Of a stretch of 64,000 bases of DNA, positions 39,632-54,373 are shown in pieces; position 1 is the first letter of the stretch, and each line of letters begins with the position of its first letter. This DNA comes from Eledone cirrhosa (Eukaryota). The DNA is taken from NCBI GenBank assembly GCA_964016885.1, contig OZ024743.1, positions 83,266,001-83,330,000 on the forward strand. The letters run 5' to 3'. The notes under the pieces were generated by a model, which saw only the letters and a list, made by a program, of their open reading frames with translations, had not been told where the DNA came from and did not search any database. A program made the translations under genes and the position numbers.

Positions 39632-40392
39632 TATATATGAATGTACGTATTGTATATTTAATAATATACTGTATGTTTATTTAAAAACACTTTGAAGGCC
39701 TTTTGCTATGAATTTAAGGTATTGACTATAGTCACACACCTGGCTTCAGCAAAACCAAAGGGAAATAACCAACGATTGTTTCTCACTTTTTAATGGTTAG
39801 CAAGGTTATATATCCCCTACTTTTGCTGTGAGCTGTAGAAGGTGGATTCTTATAGAATTCCAATTATTTTTATGCACTGTTTAAACTCATTAACATACAG
39901 ATTGCCTGAAGCTAGGTATGTGACGTCTGTCAATACCTTAAATTCATAGCGCAGGGCCTTCAAAATGATTTTAGATAAACATGTCATCATCATCATCATC
40001 ATCGTTTAACGGCCATCTTCCACACTTGCATGGGTTTGGACGGGAATTTTCCCACTTGAGGCAAGATTGGTTGTCTTGCTCGTATAGGACTGTCTGGCGG
40101 GTTTTCTACGGCTGGATGCCCTTCCTAACACCAACCACATTTACAGTGTGGACTGGGAGGCTTTTACCGTGTTACCTACACGGCCACATTACAGCGTGGA
40201 CTGTGTGTTTTTTTGTCGTGACACCTACATGACCTCATTTTTTTCGGACTGGATGTTGTGGTACCAACATAACTTTACATCGAAAGGGGTGGTGTGAATG
40301 GGGTTGGGGTAGTGGGACGGGGGTGTATTTTTGTTAGAGGTGCCTAAACATACAGTATATTATTAAATATACAATACCTACATTCATATATC
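39632..40392. mobile_element. MITE with ~120-bp TIRs; right TIR split by an RTE-tail insertion (39983-40344) with TSD TAAACAT
   Basis: 39632-39752 is inverted relative to 39903-39982 + 40345-40392; TAAACAT at 39976 and 40345. Confidence 0.8.
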
Positions 40393-41006
40393 TATAAAAC
40401 TGAGGGTCTGTGTGTGTGTGTGAATCCCTAAAACTCGAGAAGTACCCAACCGATTTTTTCAAACTTTACATGTGTATTACTTATGTTTCAGGGAGTATTA
40501 TGCACATGAATTCAACTTTTTGATCCCCTAGGGCCCGCACTAGGTGAAAAACTGCGTTTTTAAAGTTTTTTAAGGTTATTTGAGGCGTTACGTCATACTG
40601 ATTTCCTTGAAATTGTAACTATGTATTAGTCAGTCTCTTCTTCATACCGTGAGCAAAGAAAATCCAACTTTTTTATGGCCTAGGGCCACATTAGGTGAAA
40701 AACTTCATTTTTCAGCTTTTTAGGGCTTTTTGGAGGCGTTACGTCTAGCCAATTTTCCCGAAATTTCAAGGCATATTATGCGCATAAAAAAAATTCATTT
40801 TCTTGATCCCCTAGGGCCCGAATTAGGTGAAAACCTGCATTTTTCGTTCTTCATCGAGGAAAATCTTAAAGATTATCCAGCCATCAGAGTATTCAGTTTA
40901 TTTTCTTTACATATTGTCCAGGCATGCAGTTTTTCCACGATTAGGTCTGTTGGCGGCCTGCATTCCAAAATACCTTCTCCCGTGCAACGCCGGGTACTAC
41001 TGCTAG
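40391..41006 (+). mobile_element. Non-autonomous Helitron
   Basis: 5' TCTATAAAAC..; 3' CCCGTGCAACGCCGGG hairpin + CTAG followed by T; internal ~120-bp repeats. Confidence 0.8.
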
Positions 41007-41553
41007 TATATATATAAACTTAAGAAAATTAACAAATTGAGGACCAGACAAATGAAAACATGGCAAAACGAAAAACCATTTTTTTAAGGGGAAACCGCAA
41101 AAAATAATTTTTTGAAAAGCAAAATACAAATGAAAAACACAGAACTCCAGGTTCATCAGCTGTTGAGATGGACCTTGCCAGTTTCAACCCCTACCAACGG
41201 TATTGCTTGTACACCCGAGGTGAGAGGAGGTCACAAATATTAAAATACGTTCATCAGATCTCAGACTACCTGCAGTTTCAATCTGGGATTACTGCGAAGA
41301 ATGGGAGGCTCGTAAGAATGGAGAAATAAATATCTTTGTTGGTACCCATTCTATTTCTTCCTATCATTTCTTCAAGTCAACTCACAGCCGCTGATTTCTG
41401 TCCTTCGAGGTAATGTTTTACCCAACACCACTTCGATGGTATTTTACTATTTTAACAGCTTCCTTACGCTGAGTTTTTCTACTTTCCTACAAATTCTACA
41501 TTCATATATCTATGTTTCAAAACTCGATATTCGAGTTAATATTCTTTATATAT

Positions 41554-42222
41554 AAAAGGAAAACGAACACAGACATATACATATGTGTTCAAATCGTAAG
41601 GGACTAGATTTGCTAAGGTGAAAAGAATACTAACTATAGACAATAGGGTTTGTAAGACTTAATTTAAGAATAAATCAAGAAAATAAATACAAACCATAAT
41701 TGCGGTAACTACCAATCAGCCGGACAGTTTTGATAATACTGTTTCGCAATATTAATTGTGAAAAGGACTACCATATTCTCGCTGATCAGCGGGTGAAGAA
41801 ATGTTAGTATCCTGGTCACTTCTAAAAAAATACTGGATAGTGTGTTTATATATAACGCACCTGGTATCAGAACTTAGCGTGTCTCACAAACTCACACCAC
41901 TAAAAATAGCAGCCGGGTTTACTCGACATTTGAATTAGCTTGACAAATTAACGGAGCCGAATATATTCAAGACATATATTGAGTTAGAAACTCAAAATAG
42001 TCTCTTACAATAAATTAACTCTGGGAAATTGTCTATAGTTATTATTCTTTTCACCTTAGCGAATCTAGTCCCTTACGATTTGACCACATATATGTATGTC
42101 TGTGTTCGTTTTTCTTTTTGTTCAGTTATATTATACGGCTCGGAAAAATCTCTTTCCTAGAGCTAATTTATTGTAAGAGACTATTTTGAGTTTCTAACTC
42201 AATATATGCTTTGAATATATTC
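41554..42222. mobile_element. Second retrozyme/pLTR-like circularly permuted element (~507-nt monomer) with inversion
   Basis: A(41554-41644)..B(41959-42028) | rcA(42028-42119)-spacer-rcB(42153-42222); TATTCTTTATATATA on both flanks. Confidence 0.75.
41716..41796 (-). ncRNA. Hammerhead ribozyme with one core substitution
   Basis: TCACCCG-CTGATCA-GCGAGAATAT..ATATTGC-GAAACAGT..ACTGTC-CGGCTGA. Confidence 0.65.
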
Positions 42223-42660
42223 TTTATATATATATATATTTAGGGCAGGTAAATTTCCCGAGATCCATGGACGTGTTCTCTCCATCGGTCTCTGTCCCTT
42301 ATCATCACTGCCATGTCCTGCGTCTCCAAGGGACTGGTGTCTGTCCTTAGGGCATCAATATATGTCAACCTCGGTCTCCATCTTCTAGTGTGTCCCACAG
42401 GAACACTGAGTGCAGTGTCAACTCTGAATGTCGGTGAGCATGTCCAGCTAACCTTAGTCTCCTCTGTGCTACATTTCAGGTAACTTTAGGGAGGCTCCCA
42501 TACAGCTCTGAGTTCATATATATATAATATATGTAGTAATAAACAGTAAATCGTATGTCTAATAATATGAGGGTTGAAGAACCACATTTGTTTGAAATAT
42601 TTAACCATGAAACAGACAGAAAGATAAAAATATATACAGACTACCTCAATAACTATTATA

Positions 42661-42742
42661 TCTCCCGGACAGATTAGTGATTAATCTGTTTCGCCCTGGG
42701 TGTGTTTGTAACAGATAATCCACGGGCATCATCAGCGAGAGA
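42661..42742 (-). ncRNA. Type I hammerhead ribozyme, intact core (paralog of 239-320); TTGATGA partner at 42813-42898 (+)
   Basis: TCTCTCG-CTGATGA..GAAAC..GTC-CGGGAGA. Confidence 0.8.
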
Positions 42743-43264
42743 ATCTGATTAAATGTGAAATATTCATTTTGTGTGACTGTTAACATTATGTGTTTGTCGC
42801 ATTTAATCAGATTCTCTCGTTGATGATGCCCGTGGATTAATTATTTGTTACAAAGACACTCAGGGTGAAACAGATTTATCACTAATCTGTCCGGGAGATA
42901 TAATAGTTATTGAGGCGGTCTTTACTGTGTTTATTACTACATATATTATTATTATAATTGTTTCTACTTTAGGCACAAGGCCAGCAATTACTCAGTGCAT
43001 TACTGGTACTTTATTTTATCGACCCCCGTAAGGATGAAAGGCAAAGTTAATCTCAGTGGGATTTGAACTCAGATCGTAAAGGGACGTAACTATGCTGGAA
43101 AGCATGGTGTCCGACCCTCCACCGATACTGCCAATCCACCGCCCTTTTATTATTATTATTATTATGTTCAGTATTTATACTTTGAGCTTGCTAATTACAG
43201 GGTTTCAGTATGAGCTATTAACTCTACCTTTCATTTATATATATATATATATATCTATATATAT

Positions 43265-43800
43265 ATTGTTATACTTGGAGAGGGTCATATTGTTAAAATA
43301 TTGCGAGAAATAATAACAGAATACACTCACTGTTTGGTTTGCGTTGGTTTTCGCTTCTGTGTCTTATATATCTCCATAGTTAATTTATCTGGCAATCAAT
43401 GTTTATCATTGATTGACCAACGGTTAAAAATACAGATATAAATATATATATAGTCTATCGAAGTTCTTTCGACACACATCCGTGGCTCCCGATTCTGTCT
43501 CTTTGGTTGTAGCCAGAGAACTGCATGCAGTTGATGAATTGTTGGATGTGTCTTTCCATTTCAGTTGGGTCACACATGCGGGACACATTCTTCATCACTT
43601 ACCAAGTCTGTGATCAGAATATTAAACTTAGCGCTATTGGACATTGCGGAGTTTTTGAGTATCAGGTATTTGGAGGCCATGGGTTTAGCATAGTGTGAGT
43701 GGAGAATTTGGGCCCTCTTGTATGTAGTGTTTAATAAGAGTTCCGTGTCTAATACTGGTAGTCTATTGTTAGGGTGTTTGGAAGGGTAGTTAAACATTAT
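43265..43800 (-). mobile_element. PLE remnant (paralog of 1946-2480)
   Basis: ORF 43570-43797. Confidence 0.85.
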
Positions 43801-44438
43801 ATAACCTCCTCAGTGACAAGGCTGTTATTTAGTGTCTCTCCTTTGTTCTGTCCGACACCATCTAGTTTTTGTGAACTCACAAAAACAAGAGATTATTTCT
43901 TGTGTTAATTTTTACTAAACAACAAAACACATTGATTACATCTGAAGGAGCTAAGCTGACAAAGATTTACTTAATGGCTATATTAATGTATGTAAATAAT
44001 AGAATTATGTGAACCCTTCAACGATACAGTAATTATTTACAAGTGAAAATATAACAACATTGGAAAAATATATTTCTTCAATATAGTCAATGTTAATCCT
44101 AACTTTGCTGACTGTTTCTTTATACATGGCTTTATGATAATGTCTCCAAAACATGTACCAGACAGTGTTTCAGGTAGCTCTTTACAGTATTAGAACCTTA
44201 TGTCACCAACGAAACCCTACACCAACAAATGTCCCTTCAATATCAAAACAGGTCCCTGAAATACAGTTACTCAATCTCTATTTCACAGGTTGACCCAGAC
44301 ATAGTCCTAATGAAAGGAAATCCTTGTGGAATCATAGGGGTACCTTAGTGACATATAACATTTATTGGGTATTTTAGACCTGGTGGAGACAACACCCTTC
44401 CAGATTTGAATACACTTGATTTCTTCCAGAGAAAGGGA

Positions 44439-44496
<58 letters not shown>

Positions 44497-45002
44497 ATGG
44501 ACCTGTAAATCTTGGAGTAGTCGTAGGGGTACTCTAGTGGATTTCAGTCTTTGTTGCACATATTTTAAAACCTGATGGATCCCATCTCCTCTCTCCAGGT
44601 CTGAACACAATTGAGATCTGAATAAAACTTCAAGGGAAATCAGATATTGTATGGATTCATATAGATTCATTAGCCTCCTGGTCTAAACTCAACTGATTCC
44701 TCCTGGAGAAGGAGAGAGAAGTGAGAAAAAGATATTGAGAAAGAATTGACTCCTACTAATAAAAAGGTGGAAGTTAAACTGGTGTTGACATGTCATCAGG
44801 AGAGGAGATGGTACCTATGTTACAAAGTCCTATAAGAATGAATTTGTCTTTGGTTGTTTAATAAAAACTAACACAACTCATTGATTATATGTGAAAAAAG
44901 TAAGTTGACAAAGATTTACTTCATGTCTATATTAATGTAAATATTATGATTATGTGAACCTTTCAACGATACAGTAATTATATACAAGGGAAAACATATA
45001 TT

Positions 45003-46235
45003 ACCACTAATACTAAATACTATACTGTACATTAGATAATGTAGTCCTAGATACACTGTCTGATAGCCACTAATACTAACTACTGTACTATACTGTACAT
45101 TAGATAATGTAGTCCTAGATACACTATGTCTGATAGCCACTAATACTAACTACTGTACTGTACATTAGATAAGGTAGTCCTTGATACACTATGCCTGATA
45201 GCCACTCACACTAACTACTATACTGTACATTAGATAATGTATTCCTAGATACACTGTCTGATAGCCACTAATACTAACTACTGTACTATACTGTACATTA
45301 GATAATGTAGTCCTACATACACTATATCTGATAGCCAGTAATACTAACTACTGTACATTTGATAATGTAGTCCTAGATATACTATGTCTGATAGCCACTA
45401 ACACTAATACTATACTATACATTAGATAATGTAGTCCTAGATACACTATGTCTAATATCCACTAATACTAACTACTGTACTGTATAATAGATAATGTAGT
45501 CCTGCATACACAATGTTTGATAACCACTAATACTACCTACTTCAGTATACATTAGATACTGTAGTTCTGCATACACAATGTCTGATAGCCACTAATACTA
45601 CTGTACTGTACATTAGATATTTTAGTCCTAGGTACACTGTCTGATAGCCACTAATACTAACTACTGTAAAGTACATTAGATAATGTAGTCCTAGATACAC
45701 TATGTCTATTAGCCACTGATACTAACTACTGTACTGTACATTAGATAATGTAGTCCTAGATACACTATGTATGATAACCACTAATACTAACTACTGTACT
45801 GTACATTAGATAATGTAGTCCTAGATACACTGTCTGATAGTCACTAATACTAACTACAGTACTGTACATTAGATAATGTAGTCCTGCATACACAATGTCT
45901 GATAACCACTAATACTACCTACTTCAGTATACATTAGATAATGTAGTTCTGCATACACAATGTCTGATAGCCACTAATACTAACTACTGTACTGTACATT
46001 AGATATTTTAGTCCTAGGTACACTGTCTGATAGCCACTAATACTAACTACTGTAAAGTACATTAGATAATGTAGTCCTAGATACACTATGTCTAATAGCC
46101 ACTAATACTAACTACTGTACTGTACATTAGATAATGTAGTCCTAGATACACTATGTCTGATAGCCACTAATACTAACTACTATACTGTACATTAGATAAT
46201 GTAGTCCTAGATACACTATGTCTGATAGTCACTAG
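45003..46235. repeat. ~65-bp minisatellite, ~19 units
   Basis: Same unit as 3679-3949. Confidence 0.95.
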
Positions 46236-47097
46236 TATATACGTAGTTCTCAGGGAGATTCAGCGAGACAAAACGTGTGACATGGCCTCCTTTTTAAATA
46301 CATATAGAACCCATCTTATATTATAATGTGTCGGTATTTCATTGACACGTGTACCGTTGACATTGTTCTCAGGGAGATTCAGTGTGACAATTCTATGTAA
46401 CAACGTCCTCCTATAATGACTGGTACAACTTATTATTTTTGCCAGTTAGGTGAAATAAAACAATGAGAAATAAAGTGTCTTGTTCAAGGTCCCAACGTAC
46501 AGACCACCCGGTATGAGATTCGAACTCACGAACCATACGTTCGTTTATTACGTGCTATCACCGCGTAAACCCAGTTTCCTCCACACAAAATACACCAGAA
46601 TAATTTAATCCGGATTAATTCACAAACAAGATTTACAATAAGTCGCTGAGAGTGATCTCCCTTGGCTGACTTAAAAAATCTTTTCTTCCAATAGAAATTA
46701 ATTTGTTTCATGTCCGACTGAAAGACTCTGGAGTTTTTACCTGTCTTGGGTTTAATTAATGAGGAATTTTGAGGTATTTATGACAATTATTAATTATTTC
46801 ATTACTGAGATATCATTTGAAGGATTTACTGAAGTTTTTACTTATTAATTATTATATTAGTAACTTAATATGTGGTTCTTGTATAAAATTATGCTGGAAG
46901 ATTTTAGGAAGAAGCTATGTAGCCGGTCCCGGTAAAATAGACTCCCAGGCTATGTAGCCGGTAAGAGTGCCAGACTCCATGTGTTGCGGCCCTTTATGGT
47001 CTGAGTTAAGACAATTTAAAATCTTTTCCACCATCAAATGTTAAAAAACAAGTTAAAATCATTTAGTCATCCATTCGTAATGTACGTTACACTTTAG

Positions 47098-49495
47098 CTA
47101 CATATACATATACACACATCTACTGTGTTATATACACACACATCTACTGTGTTACATACACACATCTACTGAGTTATACACACACACACATCTACTGTGT
47201 TATACACACACATATCTACTGTGTTACATAGACATCTACTGTGTTACATACATCTACTGTGTTATATACACACATCTACTGTGTTACATAGACATCTACT
47301 GAGTTACATGCACACACATCTACTGAGTTACATACGCACACATCTACTGTGTTACATGCACACACATCTACTGTGTTACATACACATCTACTGAGTTACA
47401 TACACACACATCTACTGGGTTATATAGACGTCTACTGAGTTACATGCACACACATCTACTGAGTTACATACATACACATCTACTGTGTTACATACACACA
47501 CATCTACTGTATTACATACACATCTACTATGTTTCATAGACACATCTACTGAGTTACATGCACACACATCTACTGGGTTACATACACATCTACTGAGTTA
47601 CATGCACACACATCTACTGAGTCACATACACACATCTACTGTGTTACATACACACACATCTACTGTGTTACATACACACACATCTACTGGGTTACATAGA
47701 CATCTACTGTGTTACACACACATCTACTGAGTTACATGCACACACATCTACTGAGTTACATACACACACATCTACTGTGTTACATAGACACATCTACTGA
47801 GTTACATGCACACACATCTACTGAGTTACATATACACACATCTACTGAGTTACATACACATCTACTGAGTTACATACACATCTACTGAGTTACATACACA
47901 TCTACTGGGTTACATACACACACATCTACTGTGTTACATAGACATCTACTGTGTTACATACACACACATCTACTGTGTTACATACACACATCTACTGTGT
48001 TACATAGATATCTACTGAGTTACATGCACACACATCTACTGAGTTACATACGCACACATCTACTGTGTTACATGCACACACATCTACTGTGTTACATACA
48101 GATCTACTGAGTTACATACACACACATCTACTGTGTTACATACACACACATCTACTGTATTACATACACATCTACTGAGTTACATACACACACATCTACT
48201 GGGTTACATACACATCTACTGAGTTACATGCACACACATCTACTGAGTCACATACACACATCTACTGTGTTACATACACACACATCTACTGTGTTACATA
48301 CACACACATCTACTGGGTTACATAGACATCTACTGTGTTACACACACATCTACTGAGTTACATGCACACGCATCTACTGAGTTACATACACACACATCTA
48401 CTGTGTTACATAGACACATCTACTGAGTTACATGCACACACATCTACTGAGTTACATATACACACATCTACTGAGTTACATACACATCTACTGAGTTACA
48501 TACACATCTACTGAGTTACATACACAGACATCTACTGTGTTACATACACACACATCTACTGTGTTACATACACACATCTACTGTGTTACATAGATATCTA
48601 CTGAGTTACATGCACACACATCTACTGAGTTACATACGCACACATCTACTGTGTTACATGCACACACATCTACTGTGTTACATACACATCTACTGAGTTA
48701 CATACACACACATCTACTGGGTTACATAGACATCTACTGAGTTACATGCACACACATCTACTGAGTTACATACACACACATCTACTGTGTTACATACACA
48801 CACATCTACTGTATTACATACACATCTACTGAGTTACATACACACACATCTACTGGGTTACATAGACACATCTACTGAGTTACATGCACACATATCTACT
48901 GAGTTACATACACATACATCTACTGGGTTACATACACATCTACTGAGTTACATGCACACACATCTACTGAGTCACATACACACATCTACTGTGTTACATA
49001 CACACACATCTACTGTGTTACTTACACATCTACTGAGCTACATACACACATCTACTGTGTTACATACACACACATCTACTGGGTTACATAGACATCTACC
49101 GTGTTACACACACATCTACTGAGTTACATGCACACACATCTACTGAGTTACATATACACACATCTACTGAGTTACATACACATCTACTGAGTTACATACA
49201 CATCTACTGGGTTACATACACACACATCTACTGAGTTACATACACACACATCTACTGTGTTATATATAGACATCTACTGAGTTACATAGACACACATCTA
49301 CTGTGTTACATACATACACATCTACTGTGTTACATACATACACATCTACTGTGTTACATACATACACATCTACTGAGTTACATGCACACACATCTACTGG
49401 GTTACATACACACATCTACTGTGTTATATACAGACATCTACTGAGTTACATAGACACACATCTACTGGGTTACACACCCACACATCTACTCATAC
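47098..49495. repeat. CATCTACTGNGTTACA satellite, 2.4 kb
   Basis: Directly visible. Confidence 0.95.
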
Positions 49496-51094
49496 ATATT
49501 CATAAATAGACACACAATACAAAATAATTATTACATACACACACATTTATGTAATGATTGTGGAAGGATTTGGCTGGTGAAACGCTATAGTGATGTGTGT
49601 GTTGCGTACCTTTAAGGTTTACCGGCTTCGTAGCCTTTTCGAAGATTTTATTATAATTATGAACCTTGTACTTCAACTAATTATGAATAATTTTGAGCTA
49701 TTATCACAATCGTCACAGATGAAAATATTTATTTCGACCAAGATTGAATATTTAATGGAATTAAGTGGAATTAGGAAATAAGACAATAAAATAGTGAAAT
49801 GAAGACATAAGAGGTACAAAGAGTAAAAGAAGAGAGGGGAGAGAGAATTAACACAGTTTTGTCTTTCTATCTCTCTCACTCCTTCCATATTTTATTGTCT
49901 CTTACTACTCCTCGTAAAAGCAGGTCTGACCCTTAGTGTGAATTATATCTACTCATGTAGGTTTAACTTTACCAAGATTACCGAATAACTGCTCGAACTT
50001 GGGGCTTCTGAAACTAACTTATTGTGTTCACAGATGTTGGATGATAATCTTCACCAATAAAAATGTGAAGAAGCAAGGTAATAGATCTTTCTTTTTGTTT
50101 GTATTTGAATTAATTTTTCCGTGTTTTCTTTTCTTTTGCTTGTAAATAGAAGCCACGTGTTGTAAGAGTGGTTGGGTTACTGCAGTGTTAATGCTTCAGT
50201 GTGTGAAAGCCAGGTTAACAGAGAATATGTACGGAACCATGCAAATGCTCTCCCACAGATCTTTCTTTGATTCACGGAGCATCATGCTGAAGAAGATTGA
50301 AAATAAGTTTGGGGCAAGGACACAGCCTTGTTTCACGTCATTCTTGATGAAGAATTAATCAGAGACCATCATTGTGCTTTACCTGTCCCTGCTGTCCTAT
50401 GTGGAGTTGTTGTAGCATGGTCTGGAATTTTAACGGACATCCAAGTCTTCTGAGGATCTTCCACAGTCCATCCCTAGTAACTGTATCAAATGCCTTCGTC
50501 AGGCCAATGAAGGCAGCGTACAAGGCCATATTTTTCTCTCTAGTGGCTATCAGACAGAGTGTATGACGTACGTTTGTCGTCCTTAAAAAAAGAAATAATG
50601 TTCAAGGGCAGATAATCCGACCTACTATATATCTCGATTACCTCCCTTGTCCTACAAATTTAAAACACAAAAATATTTTCGCAAACAGAATAAAAATGAA
50701 AATTTATTGAAAGACGTATTATACATACTGGCATAGAAATATAGGTAAATGATATAAATGTAACTAATAGGAAATATAGGTAATTCATTATATATATATA
50801 TATATAGGTATGGTTGTGACAGGGGACGAGGCTCCGTATTTAAATATACGCTGACTACAGCAGATTTCTTCCAGAGAGAGATAGAAAGTGAGAGGGAATA
50901 AGAGAGATATAGAGGAAGTATCGACCCCAGTATTGGACTGGTACTTTTTTTTATCGACATCGAAATGATGAAAGGCAAAGTTGACTTCGGCGGGATTTGA
51001 ACCCAGAGAGCAGAGAACCGGAATGAATCCCTTAAAGTATTCTATCTGACGTTCTAACGACTCTGACAATTCGCCGCCTACACCCCCCCCCCCT

Positions 51095-51130
<36 letters not shown>

Positions 51131-51841
51131 TAGCAGTGTATCCCGCGTTGTACGGGTAAGAACATTGGTAATAGCACCTCCAATGAGAAACGTTTATTTG
51201 TGAGTGCCTGTTAAAAACTCACGAGAATATACCGACAGGAAACTTGTTTTATTTGGAGAAAATTAAGAAGTTGAAAGTACAGTTTAGCTGTCTACGTGCA
51301 TTGTTCATAGAAATATTGTTGAGCCCCTTCTTTTCATACTCCTCTGTTTTGGCCTTTTGGAGTAAATGTGAAAGAGAAAGTCACAGATTAAGTTGGCAGA
51401 AGGTTCCAGTGTCATAGCAGTAAGGCGTAGCCTACTTACCTCAAAAGTTCATTCGCACTCTTTCCACTAAGTTACTCTTTCTCTCTATCCCTCTCGGTGT
51501 AGTCACTTGTGAATTTATCGCGTAGGCCTGGTGTAGATTTGCACCCGATCCGTCTACCCGATGCACATGTCCACTTTGTACGGCTTTTGGAGGAAGGACT
51601 GACCAGCAGTACGTTGTTCGGTATTATTACGAAAAGGTGTAGCAGAGAATCCCGCGTGAAGAAACAGCTCGGGAGGAAACTGCTTACCTCGAAGATTCAT
51701 TCGCCATCGTTCTTGTCAACGCTCCGTTTAGTTGGTATTTGTTGGTCTACAGTTAGATGAATGGCGCACAGAGGGTTAATGTTTATTGGCAAGAAGTTTT
51801 ATGAATAATAAAAGATGGGTTAAAGCTACCTACAATGTATT

Positions 51842-51892
<51 letters not shown>

Positions 51893-52101
51893 GGGATGAG
51901 CGGAACAAGCAAACATTAAACAATCTTTTAAATGAATTAAAATACGATTTAATCTCATTTTATATATATATATATAGTTATGTAAAAAAAACCCATAAGA
52001 TAATTATTTCATTTACTAGTGGTTTCTTGAAAGCAAATAAGCTCTGTAACTTACTTAGAGCACTCTTTTTTCCTCTCCCTTTCCGACGGAATTACTTCAT
52101 T

Positions 52102-52144
<43 letters not shown>

Positions 52145-52145
52145 G

Positions 52146-52198
<53 letters not shown>

Positions 52199-52562
52199 GT
52201 ATATGTGTATATATGTGTGTGTATATGTATATATGTATATATATATATATATGTATATATAGGTATGTGTGTGTGTGTGTGAATGTAGCGAAGATAATAC
52301 GTCAGCAATGACGTGCTCGACAGAATGTCGTAATGCAGACAGTCAGACATACAGACAGATATTATAAGGGCGGTGGATATTGAGAGTATCAGTAGAGGGT
52401 CCGACGCCATGCTTTGCCGCAGAGTTAAGGCCCTTGCCATTCTAAGTTCAAGTCCCGCTGAGTTTAACTTTGCCTTTCATCCTTACGGGGTCGATAAAAT
52501 AAAATACCAGTAATGTACTGGGGTATAATTGCTGGCCTTGTGCCAAAATTAGAAACAATTAT

Positions 52563-53870
52563 AAGGGCTCGAAGTTTGTTTTTTCATATATGAGTGTTTG
52601 AATTTCTTTTTACTTAAAAAAAAGGGGGCTCATGAAGGTTTTTTTTTTAATAAACGTAATTTGATTGGTTATATATGAAATTATGGCTGTCAAGTGAATA
52701 AGTTTTCATTAAATTTCGCGCCCGTATTTTGAAATTTATTTTGTAGCCTGTTTAGAGAATTTTATGACAAGCAAACATAATTGTCAAGAGAAATGGGATG
52801 GGAGAATTGTTCTGGTTCAGTGAATATGGTTAGATCGCTGAGGTGTTAGAATTCAGATTTTTTATTGATATAAAGAAAATAAAGATATGTATGTTTATTT
52901 GTGTGCTTGTGTGTGTGTATAGGAAGATGATTCTATTAGTAGAAATGGGGGAGGGAGTTGTGTGTGTGTATGTGCGTGTGTGTGTGTGGGGGGGGGGGTA
53001 TGTTAAGATGGAGAGAATATATATATTTTGTGTGTGTGTGTGTATATGTGTAGGAAAGTGATTCTATTAGTAGAAATGGGGGAGGGAGTTGTGTGAGTGG
53101 GGGTGGGGGTTGTTATGTGTGTGTATGGGTGTTATGTGTGTGTGGGAGTATGGTTAGCATGTTAAGATGAAGAGAATATATATATTGTGTGTGTGTAGGA
53201 AAATGATTCCGTTAGTAGGAATATTTTTGACTGAACATATTTTCCTTACTTATTCGTATTTGTTCTGTTTTATTGTCAGCGCAAACGTATGTTAAGGTTT
53301 ATTTAGTTCGGGTTTTTATTTTCTAAAGTAGCAGGTGTTATGTGTGTGTGTATGTGTCTGTTTGGATGGTTAGCATGTTATGGTGTTGACATAATGTATA
53401 TTAAACCATATTTAATGCTGGTCTATATTTTTGAATAAACATATTTTCCTTATTTATTCGTATTTGTTCTGATGTTTTTTCAGCGCAAAGGTAAAATGGG
53501 AAGACTTGGAATTTGGGTGTCTTATTACTTGCGCATATGTCTAGATGTGCGCTTAGTGGTATCTGTCTCGTGGTTGGATCTCGTAATTGTTGGCGATGAA
53601 CTGTCATTCTGTTTCTGAGTGTGAGTTTAGTTTGTCCTATATGATCTTCATTGCATCCTTTACATTTAATGGCATAAAGTAGACTTTTTGATGAGCAAGT
53701 GAAGTGATTTTTTACAGCAAAATTTTGTCCTGATTTATCACTTGACAGCCATAATTTCATTTATAACCAATCAAATTACGTTTATTAAAAAAAAAGCTTC
53801 ATGAGCCCCTTTTTTTAAGTAAAAAGAAATTCAAACACTTATATATGAAAAAAAAACAACCTGAGCCCCC
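52563..53870 (-). mobile_element. 5'-truncated PLE (GIY-YIG ORF 53401-53760) bounded by ~135-bp inverted repeats
   Basis: FTCSSKSLLYAIKCKGCNEDHIGQTKLTLRNRMTVHRQQ..KENMFIQKYRPALN; 52563-52697 is inverted relative to 53738-53869. Confidence 0.85.
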
Positions 53871-54315
53871 CCCCCCCCCCCCGCCCTGTTTGAAGAACTT
53901 TGTAACGCGAACTGGCGCGAAATTTATTATACTTATTGACCAACCAATCAAATTACTTCTCTAAAAACCTGGCGTTTCGAGCCACTTTTTTCCATATAAA
54001 ACAAGTAACATTCAAAGACCAACCAGATGTGAGAAAATCCACAGACCCTCCATCTCAACTCTACTTTTGAAAAGCAGAAGAACTGCGAACCCGGTAAAGG
54101 AACCAAATAAATATATATATCTTTTTTTAAAATAAGATTCCAGTTGCATTTTCGATTTCATCTTTTTTTCTTTATACTTTCACTCGTGTAAGACACCTCG
54201 GTTATTTTTCATTTTGTAAAAAAAAACCTCACTTTCTAATATATATATATATATTATAAAGTGAAATGACAGGAGGCCAAATATGTTGAATTTCCTTAAT
54301 TTTTTATTACTGTAA

Positions 54316-54373
54316 ACACTATGAAGATTTCAGTGGCCAGGTTGTGTAAGAACCCGGTGACATCATCAGGTGT
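54316..54373 (-). ncRNA. Putative hammerhead ribozyme
   Basis: ACAC-CTGATGA-TGTCA-CCGGGTT..AACCTGG-CCACT-GAAAT(CTTC)AT-A-GTGT; the base of stem II is mismatched. Confidence 0.5.

Larger units (their letters stand above)
42428..52688 (+). repeat. Segmental duplication, copy B
   Basis: See copy A. Lacks 813-1930, 6151-6918, 8328-8702 and 9749-9796; both satellites are longer. Confidence 0.95.
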
